A stretch of 64,000 nt of DNA. Source: Malacoraja senta (Eukaryota). The position numbers were made by a program, and so were the translations under genes. The notes under the pieces were generated by a model. The model was not told the DNA's origin, ran no database searches, and worked only from the letters and a program-made list of their open reading frames with translations. The stretch is taken from contig CM075995.1 of assembly GCA_038087875.1 (NCBI GenBank), positions 6,574,001-6,638,000 on the forward strand. Reading direction: 5' to 3'. This document shows positions 27,129 to 39,243 of the stretch, in pieces (the stretch's first letter is position 1; every line of letters starts with the position of its first letter).

Positions 27129-28620
27129 CTTGAAATCATCAGTGGCTGGCCCTGATTGTTCCTGGTCTTTTCTCATCTCCAGCTCATCACCCCCCCCCCC
27201 CCCCCATCCTGAAGTTGCATCCTCCATCCTTTGTCATTTCCACCTTAGGGGGGAGAAAAGGTTTGACTGTCTACCCTAGCTATAATTTTGCAATTATAAA
27301 ATAATGTGTGGTGAAGATGGGGTGAACATGCTGTGTATTTTACCCAGAGTTGGGGAAATTAAAAACCAGAGGACGTGGGTTTAAAGTGAGAGGAGAAAGA
27401 TTCAATAGGAACCCGATGGGCAACGTTTTCACACAGCGGATGGCGGGTACATGGAACGTGCTGCTGGAGGAGGTAGTTGAGGCAGGTATTATAACAATGT
27501 TTTAAAGAGACTTACTTGGACAGGTACATCGGTAGGAAAGATTTGGAGGGATATGTGCCAATCGGAGGCAGGTGGGACTAGTGGAGATGGGGCATCTTAG
27601 TCGGCGTGGGCAAGGTGGCACGAAGGGCTTGTTTAGACTATACAGTGCAGAAACAGGCCCTTCGGCCAGTCGAGTCTGTGCTAACCAGCAATTCCTGTAC
27701 ACTACAAGGGACAATGTGCCATTTACGGAGGCCAGTTAACCTACAAATTGTGTGGGAAGGCACTGCAGATGCTGGTTTTAACCAAAGATAGACACAAAAT
27801 GCTGGAGTATCTCTGCAGGACAGGCAGCATCGCTGGAGAGAAGGAATGGGTGACGTTTCAGGTTGAAGTTTCAGTCTGAAGAAGGGTCTCACAAGTTCTC
27901 GAGTCAAGAGTGTTTTATTGTCATATGTCCCAGATAGAACAATGACATTCTTACTTCATTCTTGGTTCACAAGTTATCAGAGTCTACTCCGCCATTCAAT
28001 AATGGCTGATCTCTGCCTCCTATTCCATTCTCCTGCCTTCTCCCCATAACCCTTGACGCCCGTTCTAATCAAGAATTTGTCTTACTCTGCCTTAAAAATA
28101 TCCACTGACTTGGCCTCCACAACCCTCTGTGGCAATGAGTTCCACAGATTCACTACCCTTTGACTAAAGAAGTTCCTCCTCACCCCTTTAGTTTCTGAGG
28201 CTGTGACCTCTGGTCCGAGACTCGCCCACCAGTGGAAATGTCCTTTCCACGTCCACTCTATCCAGGCCTTCCATTATTCTGTAAGTCTTGTTCAGTGTTT
28301 GGAGATACAGTGTGGAGACAGGCGCTTTGGCCCAGTGACCTTGTGAGGTTCCCCCTTAACCTTCTAAACTCCAGTGCTGCCAAACGCTCATCATATGCTG
28401 ACCTACTCATTCCTGGGATCATTCTAGTAATTCACCCTCTCCAGAGCCTCCTCTAGACTCTCCCACCAGTGGATACATCCTTTCCACCTCCACTCTATCT
28501 GTGCCTTTCATTATTCTGTAAGTCCTGTTCAGTGTTTAGAGATACATTGTGGAGACAGGCGGTGGTGCGAGTCGGTCGGTGCGTGGGCTCAGGGTATTAA
28601 CGCCTCCGTTGTCCCCTCAG

Positions 28621-28804
28621 GGATACAGAGTCGAGGCAGCGACAGCAGCTGCTTGATGCCGGCCTACACTCGTCCGCCCGGTACGGCAGCCACGAGAGCA
28701 ACTTGTCCACCATGGAGATGAAGAAGAAACCACGTAAGTGGTTGGGATCTGAGACGTCGGAGAGGAGGTGTCAGGTCTGCCAGCAGCTATGTTACCTGTC
28801 CATG
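28621..28804 (+). CDS. JARID2: JARID2 coding exon (~exon 16), 184 nt, start of C5HC2 zinc finger
   Basis: cctcag|GGATACA...TCCATG|gtgagt; (R)[61 protein letters not shown]. Confidence 0.96.
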
Positions 28805-28979
28805 GTGAGTACCTGCCCTGGTGGCATCTTCTGTACATGGATGGTGTGCTTAGCGAGATACAGCGCGGAAACAGACCCTGCAGCCCAACGTTTCCACACC
28901 GACCAGTGATCCCCGCACATTAACACTACCCTACACACACTGAGGACAATTTATAATTTTACCAAAGCCAATTAACAAT

Positions 28980-30560
28980 AGACATTAGGTGCAGGAGGAG
29001 GCCATTCGGCCCTTCGAGCCAATATCACCATTCACTGTGATCATGGCTGATCATCCACAATCAGTACCCCATTCCTGCCTGCTCACCATATCCCTTGACT
29101 CCGCTATCTTTAAGAGCTCGATCTAACTCTCTTGAAAGCATCCAGAGCATCGGCCTTCACTGCCTTCTGAGGCAGAGAATTTCACAGATTCACAATTCTC
29201 TGGGTGGAAATGTTTTTCCTCATCTCTGTTCTAAATGGCCTACCCCCTTATTTTTAAACTGTGGCCCCTGGTTCTGGACTCCCCCAACATCGGGAACATG
29301 TTTCCTGCCTCTAGGGTGTCCAATCCTTTAATAATCTTATATGTTTCAATGAGATCCCCCCCTCCAGAGTATACAAGCCCAGCCGCTCCATTCTTCCAAC
29401 ATATGACAGCCCCGCCATGTTTCCACTAGTGGGAGAGTCTAGGACTAGAGGTCAGCCTCAGAATTAAAGGACATTCCTTTAGGAATTAAAGGGAATTAAC
29501 CTGGTGAACCTACGCTGCACTCCCTCAATAGCAAGAATGTCCTTCCTCAAATTTGGAGACCAAAACTGCACACAATACTCCAGGTGTAGTCTCATTAGGG
29601 TCCTGTACAACTGCAGAAGGACCTCTTTGCTCCTATACTCAACTCCTCTTATGAAGGCCAACATGCCATTCGCTTTCTTCACTGCCTGTTGTACCTGCAT
29701 GCTTACTTTCAGTGACTGATGTACAAGGACGCCCAGATCTTGTTGTACTTCCCCATTTCCCAACCATTCAGATAATAATCTGCCTTCCTGTTCTTGCCAC
29801 CAAAGTGGATAACCTCACATCTATCCACATTAAACTGCATCTGCCCACTCACCCAACCTGTCCAAGTCAACCTGCATCCTCATAGCATCCTCCTCACAGT
29901 TCACAAAAATCTGCTTTCTGAAAGTCCAGGTACACTACATCCACTGGCTCTCCCTTGTCCATTTTCCTAGTTACATCCTTAAAAAATTCCAGAAGATTAG
30001 TCAAGCATGTACGTCTTTGGAGTGTGGGATGAAACCGGAGCATTCGCAGGTCCCGGGGAGAACATCCAAACTCCGTACAGCCAACACAGGAGGCCATTCG
30101 GCCCTTCAAGTCAGCACCGCCATTCATTGTGATCATGGCTGATCGTCCCCAATCAATAACCCGTGCCTGCCTTCTCCCCATATCCCTTGACTCCATTAGC
30201 CCCTAGAGCTCTATCTAACTCTCTCTTAAATCCATCCATGAATTTGGCCTCCACTGCCCTCTGTGGCAGGGAATTCCACAAATTCACAACTCTCTGGGTG
30301 AAAAAGTTTTTTCTCACCTCAGTCTTAAATGACCTCCGCTTTATTCTAAGACTGTGGCCCCTGGTTCTGGACTCGCCCAACATTGGGAACATTTTTCCTG
30401 CATCTAGCTTGTCCAGTCCTTTTATAATTTTATATGTTTCTATAAGATTCCCCCTCATCCTTCTAAACTCCAGTGAATACAAGCCTAGTCTTTTCAATCT
30501 TTCCTCATATGACAGTCCCGCCATCCCAGGGATGAATCTCGTGAACCTACGCTGCACTGT
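28980..30560 (-). mobile_element. Cluster of CR1 LINE fragments
   Basis: Several minus ORFs with CR1 RT and C-terminal motifs (VDVVYLDFQKA; RTRGHSLRI). Confidence 0.85.
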
Positions 30561-30974
30561 CTCAAGATAGATCAGCCATGATTGAATGGCGGAGTAGACT
30601 AGATGGGCCAAATGGCCTAATTATACTATCAAGTATGATCTTATGACTCTTTGTGTGCTGGTCACACAAGTGGATCTGTAATCGCGCGTTACAATCATTC
30701 CCCATTTTTCTGTACACTGTGGATTGTTTGATTGCAAGGCAGCAACTCTACCGCTGCACGCTGTGCCGCCCAATCTTTGCCCGGCTGTGTGGGTGAATGT
30801 ACACTTTTAAATGAGCTGGGCAGTAAAGAGGATGGGAGCATCAGCTGAATTGGGAAAACGTCAAGGGAATCGTTAGGGAGATGAAACAAATGGTTTATTT
30901 TAAGGAAAAAACATTGAGAAGTCTTAAAATCATTGAAGCCTGCCCGTTGTATAAGTGTCAGACCAGACGCTGTG

Positions 30975-31536
<562 letters not shown>

Positions 31537-32151
31537 TAAGAAAGATATTATCAAGCTTGAAAGGGTTCAAAGAAGGATGTTGCCAGGTCTAGAGGGTGTG
31601 AGCTATAGGGAGAGGTTGAGCAGGCTGGGTCTCTATTCCTTACAGCACAGGAGGATGAGGGGTGATCTTATAGAGGTGTATAAAATCATGAGAGGAATAG
31701 ATCGGGTAGACGCAGAATCTCTTACCCAGAGTAGGGGAATCGAGGACCAGGGGACATAGGTTCAAGGTGAAGAGGAAAAGATTTAATAGGAATCTGAGGG
31801 GTAACGTTTTCACACAAAGGGCGGTGGGTGTATGGAACGAGCTGCCGGAGGAGGTAGTTGAGGCTGGGACTATCCCATCATTTAAGAAACAGTTGGACAG
31901 GTACATGGATAAGGATAGGTTTAGAAGGATATGGACCAAACTCAAGCAGATGGGACTAGTGTAGATGGGACATTGTTGGCCGGTGTGGGCAAGTTGGGCT
32001 GAAGGGGCCTGTCTCCACACTGTATCACTCTATGACTCTATCTGCACATTGGGATTACAGACCTCAATGATAGTTAATAATTCTCAATAATTCCATAATT
32101 CCACTAAGAAATAATAAAACTTCCTGGGAACAGAAATGCATTCATGATTAT

Positions 32152-32530
32152 GCATGGCATAAGGCAGATGGGGCTCGTCAGTCTGGGAAGGCAGTCCATC
32201 TAGGAGAGGGAAAACTCTGATTTAAAACCTCCACTGCCTTGTGGCCATATTCAGTCATGGAAAAGGCTCCGGGAGTAAACCTCAAGTAAATCCGGAGTCG
32301 GAGCCCCTAAGGCAGTTCGTCGTTGTCTACAACCTCGCTCCGGCAGCTCCTGCGACGGCGCTGGTGCCAAACTGTAACGGCCCTGCTGTTCCTTTGGATC
32401 GATCAGCGACGTGGAGAGGGGGGACGTGCTGCATGGGCAACAGCCTGTCCTCCATATGACATCGCCCAGGCTTGCATCCGACCAGGATACCTCACCCATG
32501 GTCAGTCATGACCGAGGGGGGCCGACTACT
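32152..32530 (+). mobile_element. RTE 5'-UTR-like non-autonomous element
   Basis: GGCAGTCCATCTAGGAGAGGGAAAACTCTGATTTAAAACC motif recalled from RTE-derived repeats. Confidence 0.5.
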
Positions 32531-33204
32531 CAGGTTAAAATAAGACAAAAAGTGCAGAAACAACATCTGATAGGATCAGAAATAGGCCATTCGGCCCATC
32601 ATGTCTACTACACCATTCAATCATGGCTGATCTATATCTCCCACGTAACCCCATTCTCCTGCCTCCTCCCCGTAATCCCCGATGCCCGTGCTAATCAAGA
32701 ATCATGACAATCTAGTCATGGTAACATATTAGTTAGGAAACATGAATCATTTGATATTGGTTGAGGTTTATTGTAAGGGTTTGGAGATGAAGGAATATAT
32801 GGAACAAGCTGCCAGAGGAGGTTTGGTTTTCATTTAGTGTGACAGTGTGAAGCAGGCCCTTCGGCCCACAGAGCCCGTGCCGACCAACAACCCACCTGCA
32901 CTAGTTCAGTTGAGAGATACAGCGCCGAAACAGGCCCTTCGGCCCACCAAGTCCACGCCGACCAGAGATTCTGTACATTTTAACACTATTCTACACACAC
33001 TTGGGACACTTTACAATTATACCAAGCCAACTAGCCTACAAGCCTGCACGTCTTTGGAGTGTGGGAGGTATCCGAAGAACTTGGAGAAAATCCACGCAGG
33101 TCATGGGGAGAAGGTACAAACTCCGTACAGACAGCGCCCGTAGTCAGGATTGAACCCGGGTCTCCGACGCTGTGAGGCAGCTACTCTACCGCTGTGCTAC
33201 CCTA

Positions 33205-33487
33205 AGGTGATAATGAGTATACAGACAGTGGAAGTCAACAGGATGACAGTGAAACTAAACCGACAACTCGGGTGGGGGAGGGAGGGAGAGAGAAGGGATG
33301 CAAGGGTTACTTGAAGTTAGAGAAGTCAATATTCATACCGCTGGGGTGTAAACAACCCAAGCGAAATATGAGATGCTGTTCCTCCAATTTGCGCTGGGCC
33401 TCACTCTGACAGTGGAGGAGGCCGAGGACAGGAAGGTCAGTGTGGGAATGGGAGGGGGAGTTGAAGTGTTTGGGCAACCGGGAGATC
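33205..33487 (-). mobile_element. Penelope-like element fragment (GIY-YIG endonuclease C-terminus)
   Basis: Minus translation (K)HFNSPSHSHTDLPVLGLLHCQSEAQRKLEEQHLIFRLGCLHPSGMNIDFSNFK*, stop at 33307-33309. Confidence 0.85.
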
Positions 33488-33538
33488 CAACTCGCGTAAG
33501 CAACATTTTTTTTTTTGTCTTTCGATTCATTGCTACAG

Positions 33539-33730
33539 GATCAAATGAACATCTTAGTCAATCAGATCTGTGGGAAAGCGGCGGCAAAGAGCGGCAGCAA
33601 CAGTAACAGCAACAGTAACACCAGTACCAGCAAGCCTGCACTGAAGCGCGGGCCGCGGAAACGAGCCACGATCGACGTGCCAGCAACTAGACTCTCATCC
33701 CTGTCCAGAAGTGCTACAAGTCCCCCCTGA
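33539..33730 (+). CDS. JARID2: JARID2 terminal coding exon
   Basis: ctacag|GATCAA...[69 protein letters not shown]. Confidence 0.95.
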   Translation, partial: DQMNILVNQICGKAAAKSGSNSNSNSNTSTSKPALKRGPRKRATIDVPATRLSSLSRSATSPP

Positions 33731-33889
33731 AGTTGCCAAGTCTTGTACTCAGTCGGGTTTTTTTCTTTTTGTACTATAATTTTGTGAGTACTTGCTAGAA
33801 AATGCAAGCTGTCTTTGCACTAGCTCTAAAGATGACTTCTGTTTTTGTTTTTTTTGTTAGGAAGGAAAAAAAAATAGCAGTTTTGTTTT

Positions 33890-33897
33890 AGCATTAA
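33890..33897 (+). promoter_or_regulatory. miR-155 8mer seed match
   Basis: AGCATTAA in the JARID2 3' UTR. Confidence 0.65.
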
Positions 33898-34732
33898 ACT
33901 TGTTGGCTTATTTCTTTTTTGAACACCAGACGCTGCAATTGCCAGTGTTCACTTGGACTGCAGTTAGCGGGTGTTTTCATTCACTGTTTTAAACAAAAAC
34001 CAAGTCAAAAGGGCTGAACAGTAATACCGAGTTTGCAATGGCTCTTGTGGTCGAAGCAAACCTCTTGTATCTGATTTTCTTTTTCGTTACTGTGAACAGG
34101 TTGGGGATGTTTTGAACCCATTTGAACTCGGCTGAAGGAGTGCTGTGTTTTTTGTTTTTAAATGTTCAGATCTTGCAATTTCAATCAGGCGAGCAGCTTT
34201 TTGGAGGAAGCAAGGAGGAAAAACTTGAAAGAAACTGCTTCATTTTGGCGACGTTTAATTTTTATTTTGTCGTTTAATTATTATTTTTTTTCCGGTTGTC
34301 TAAAAGGTTTAAATAAAAAAAAATTTTTTTGCTTTTCTATTTAGGAAATTATACTATTGTTTTTATTTAGTCACGGCAGCTGATGCTCGATCTGGTTTAC
34401 AAAAAAGTATAGAAAATGGTGATTTTGAAAGTTGAAGTAAAGGTGAAATGTTTCTCCTTACCAGCATATCACTATGCATCTGTATTAATGTCTGTCTGTC
34501 TGGAGAAAATGGTGCCTGACTATCATTAGCAGATTCGTAACGTTTTTTGGTGCTGTCAAAAAATCATTTTATCGGAAAAGGATAAAAACCTATCAAATTT
34601 ACCGAGGCAGGAACTTACCTCTTGTTTCGGCTTTGTAGACGTGCAATCTTTGTAACATTCCATTTTTAATTCCACGTTCATCTCTCATGTTGCGTTTCTC
34701 CCCCCCCAACCCCCCCACCCCGACACAGAATC

Positions 34733-34740
34733 AGCATTAA
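34733..34740 (+). promoter_or_regulatory. miR-155 8mer seed match
   Basis: Second AGCATTAA in the JARID2 3' UTR. Confidence 0.65.
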
Positions 34741-35697
34741 AACTAAACCGTTCAGTTCATCGACGCAAGGCGGTGACAATGGAGAGCCACTAAGAGGAGT
34801 GCATATTTCTTTGTAGAAATGTGAAAATGCACCTCCTTCATTTCTATTTTACTTTCCATATTTGTAAAAAAAAACGGCGAAAAGGAAAAGAGACAAAAAA
34901 AAATGGAAGAGGAGAAAAAAAAAGACTTTGTACATATGCCTGTAAATTGTTTTAAATACTTGAGCCTTTCGTGAGGGGGGGGGAGGGAGGGAGGGGAGGA
35001 GGAGGAGAGGTGAGGGGGAAGCGGGGGGGAGGGAGGGATCAAGCCACAGATGAAGAAAAGCCTTATGTTTTCAGTGTCTTCATCGGTTTTGGAAGCTTAC
35101 AGGGTTTCTTGTAACAATTAAGTGCTGCTTACACCCTTGAACAATTTATGGAGTAGCTAAATGCCCCCCCCCCCTCCCCTCCCCCTACCCCCCCTCCCCC
35201 CCCCCGCCACCACCACCCCCCCTTCCAGTGTATTTTATTAAAAAACAAAAAAAGGGAAACCATTGTTCATTATAACTAGTTTTCATTGTTGAAAATGCAA
35301 CATTACGCGTAGCTACTCATGTTGCACTGAGCTTGCCAGTATGACTGTCAAGTAGTCATTTATTTTTTCCTTCCTTCCTTCCTTCCTTCCCCCACACACA
35401 CCCCTTCCCCACCCCCTTTGTTAGTTGGTTGATGTTACTGCAGAGGACTGACCTGATTCGGATTATTTAAAACAACATTACTGATTTCAAAAGTGTTTTT
35501 TCAAAATGTGGTTGTCCAGTTTTTATGGCCTTACTATGTATTTTTGTTTCTTCTTTGAGAGCAGACATATTTGACTATTGCTTACGGATTGACATTTAAT
35601 TTATTAGTGCCGCTCTGCACCCATACCTTCTCTGTGCAGAAAGAGTCCACATTGTAATTGCGAGTTTTTTACTTTTCAGGTTTGTACTTAAAAGTTT

Positions 35698-35703
35698 AAT
35701 AAA
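35698..35703 (+). terminator. Putative JARID2 polyadenylation signal
   Basis: AATAAA at the end of the repeat-free UTR with TG/T-rich sequence downstream; a second AATAAA lies at 34312-34317. Confidence 0.7.
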
Positions 35704-36364
35704 ACTTTTGAGCAGTTTGCTTGCGAGGTCGAGTTATTGTTCACTAGATGCGATGGGGCTTGGCTATCTCTCTTGGGGGAAGGAGGGAGTGCACTAGTTT
35801 ATTGTTGTCACGTCTACTGCGGTGCACTGACATTTTTTTTGTTTGCCTGCTATCCAGTCAAAGATTACACATTGTCACAATCAGGTTCGATCCCGACTAC
35901 GGGCGCTGAGTGTACGGAGTTTGTACGTTCTCCCCGTGACCGCGTGGGTTTACTCCGAGATCTTCGGTTTCCTCCCACACTCCAAAGACGTACAGGTTTG
36001 TAGGTTAATTGGCTTGGTGTATGTGTAAAATTGTGCCAAGAGTGTGTAGGATAGTGTTAATGAATTGTAGGTAGGACAGTGTTCGTGTGCGGGGATCGCT
36101 GTTCGGTGCACTCGATGGGCCGAAGGGCCTGTTTCCGCACTGTATCTCTAAACTAAACTAAAAAAAGCTTTTGTTTGCGTGCTATCCAGTCACACATAAA
36201 TCCGATAGAGCTGTATTTAGCAATACTATAAAACATAGAACTGAACCATCCTACCAACAACTAGAGAGCAGTCACGAACTACTAACAACCTCATTGGAGA
36301 CTCTTGGACTATCTTTGATCTGACTTTACTGGCTTTATCTTGCACTAAATGTTATTTACATTAT

Positions 36365-36541
36365 GTTCAAGAAGGAACTGCAGATGCTGGAAAATCGAAG
36401 GTAGACAAAAATGCCAGAGAAACTCAGCGGGTGCGGCAGCATCTATGGAGCGAAGGAAATAGGCAACGTTTCGGGCCGAAACATCGCCTATTTCCTTCGC
36501 TCCATAGATGCTGCCGCACCCGTTGAGTTTCTCTGGCATTT
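36365..36541. mobile_element. Palindromic Penelope-derived insert (second subfamily)
   Basis: ~67-bp inverted arms; flanked by the 13-bp direct repeat TTATTTACATTAT. Confidence 0.8.
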
Positions 36542-36732
36542 TTATTTACATTATTCCCTTTATCATGTATCTGTTCACTGTGGACGGCTTGATTGTAATC
36601 ATGTATCGTCTTTCCGCTGACTGGTTAGCACGCAACAAAAGCTTTCCACTGTATTTCACACGACAATAAACTGAACTCAATCTTATACTAAAAAAAAATG
36701 GAATAGCGGCAAAGCAGTATAGCAAAACTCTT

Positions 36733-36738
36733 TTTATT
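36733..36738 (-). terminator. Putative DTNBP1 polyadenylation signal
   Basis: AATAAA on minus, ~420 nt past the stop codon, at the end of unique sequence. Confidence 0.65.
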
Positions 36739-37160
36739 TACTGATTGTTAAAGTGCACAACTTTTTTCAGAATTTTAACAGTTAGTTCTAAACCATATAG
36801 TTTAGGGTGGGGGAGTGGGAAACTCAGGCAGGCAGGATCATTTTGTACAACATTTAAGTTGAAAATGCCTTGTTATTAGAATGCATAACTCAAATGTTGA
36901 AAGAAAGAGAGAGAGAGAAGATTCATTCTGCAAGCCTTAGAAAATGAGCTGAACGACGAAAACAGGTAATCAGCTATAATTTGTCACAGAATATGTTTAT
37001 ATAATCGTTGATGTTAATCTCCAGTGGCACTGGGTAATAGGAATCTGCTTGTTCAAATTAGAAAAGGGAAAAGGCTCTGGATTAGATGTTTAAGTCTGTT
37101 CTGTGATATTGGGCTGATTCTGTGATATTGGTGGCCCAGCAGAAGTAGCATTCCACACCG

Positions 37161-37393
37161 TTATGCAGAGTCACTGTCAAAGATCTCCTTGGGGTTTGAG
37201 TTTACTGCTGCGAGGCAGGTGTCTATTTGAACTTCCTCTTCATCAGACTGGACCAGTGGGGTGGTGTTTTCACTGGCGCTGTGGCAGACCGAGTCAGCGG
37301 AGGTGGAAGAGACGGAGGATAACTTTAACCTCAGCTCGGCCTGGCTTGGCACTTGCAGCGTTATTTCGCTTTGATAGGAATCAGACTCGGACA
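37161..37393 (-). CDS. DTNBP1: DTNBP1 terminal coding exon
   Basis: ttacag|TGTCCGAG...GCATAA; (V)SESDSYQSEITLQVPSQAELRLKLSS...PLVQSDEEEVQIDTCLAAVNSNPKEIFDSDSA*. Confidence 0.95.
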
Positions 37394-38939
37394 CTGTAAA
37401 AAAACAGAACGACAGCATGAGTTATCGATAGACCGATACAGCGTGGAAACAGGCCCAACCTGCCCACACCGACCAACATGCCCCATCTACACTAGTCCCA
37501 CCTGTCTGCGTTTGGCCCATATCCCTCTAGTCATAGAGTGGTACAGCATGGAAACAGCCCCTTCAGCCCAACTTGCCCACGCCGGCCACAATATCCGATC
37601 TACACTAGTCCCACCTGCCTGCGTTTGGTCCATATCCTTCATAACCCTTTATACCTCCTCCAGTAGCTTGGTCCATACACCCACCACCCTTTGTGTGAAA
37701 AAGCTACCCGTTTAATCTTCCTCTCCCTCTCCCTCCCCCCCCCCCACCTTAAACCTATGTCCTCTGGTTCTCCATTCCCCTGTCCCCTAACGTGCGTCGA
37801 CCCGATCTATTCCTCATGATTTTGTACACCTATAAGATCACCCCTCATCCTCCTGCGCTCCAAGGAATAAAGTCTCAGCCTGCTCAACCTCTCCCTATAG
37901 CTCAGTCCCTTGAGTTCTGGCAACATCCTCGTAAATCTTCTCTGCACCCTTTCCAGGGTGGTTAGCAAGCAAGCTTGTCTCAGCAAGACATCCAAACATT
38001 TCATACCATAAGACAGGAGCAGGATTAGGCCATTCAGCCCATCATGAATGCTCCGCCATCATGGCTGATCTATTTTTCCCCTCAACCCCATCCTCCCCAT
38101 ATCATTTGACCCGTACCAATCAAGAACCTATCAATCTCCGCTTTAAAAATACCCATTGACTTGGCCTCCACAGCCGTCTGTGGCAATGAAGAGGAGTCTC
38201 GCCTATCCATGTTCTCCAGAGATGCTGCCTGACCTGTTGTGTTACTCCAGCACTCAGTGTCCACAGATTCAACATTGAGTCTATGGAAGCTATAGACTTT
38301 ATAGGAAAGAAGGGTATAGAAAAGATGATGTTAAGCTGGAAAGAGTTACAAGGATGTTGCCAGGACTTGAGGGCCTGAGCTATAGAGAGAGGTTGGGCAG
38401 GCTTGGACTTTATTTCTTGGAGCGTAGTAAGCTAAGAGATGATTACCCAGAGTTGGGGAATCAAGAACCAGGGAACATAGGTGGAAGGTGAGGGGATACA
38501 TGTAACAGGAATCTGAGGGGCAACCTTTTCACACAGAAGATGAACAAGCTACAAAAGGAGATTGATGAGGCAAGGACTTTAACAATATTTAAAAGACATT
38601 TGGATAGTTGCATGGACTGGAAAGTTTAGAGTAATATGGGCCAAAAGCAGGCAGGACTACTATGGATAGGGCAGCTTGATCAGCATGGGCCTGTTTCTGT
38701 GTTTTATGATTATGACAACCCTCTGGCTAAAGAAATTCCTCCTCATTTCCTTTCTAAAGGAACGTCCTTTTATTCTGAGGCTGCGCCCTCTAGTCCTAGA
38801 CTCTCCCACTACTGGAAACATCCTCTCCACATCCACTCTATCTAGGCCTTTCATTATTCCAACAGTGCAGAACTCTACAGTAATATTTTAATATTTCAAA
38901 GTGCTAAATTACATTGTACACAGTGCTGTATTAGACTTC

Positions 38940-39243
38940 AGAGTTTAGAGATACAGTGCAGAAACAGGCCCTTGGCCCACCAAGTCTGCGCCGACCAGCG
39001 ATCACCCCGTACACTAGCACCATCCTACACACTAGGGACCATTTACAATATTTACCGAAGCCAATTAACCTACAAACCTGTACGTCTTTGGATTGTGGGA
39101 GGAAACCGGAGCACCCGGAGAAAACCCACGCAGGTCACGGGGACAACGTACAAACTCGGTACAGACAGCACCCGTAGTCGGGATGGAACCCGGATCTGTG
39201 GCGCTGTAAGGCAGCGACTCTACCGCTGCACCACTGTGCCGCC
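38940..39243 (-). mobile_element. HE1-type SINE
   Basis: Full-length copy on minus. Confidence 0.88.

Larger units (their letters stand above)
33731..35725 (+). other. JARID2: JARID2 3' UTR (approximate 3' end)
   Basis: Unique U-rich sequence without recognisable TEs after the stop codon, ending near AATAAA at 35698; repeats resume at ~35790. Confidence 0.75.
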
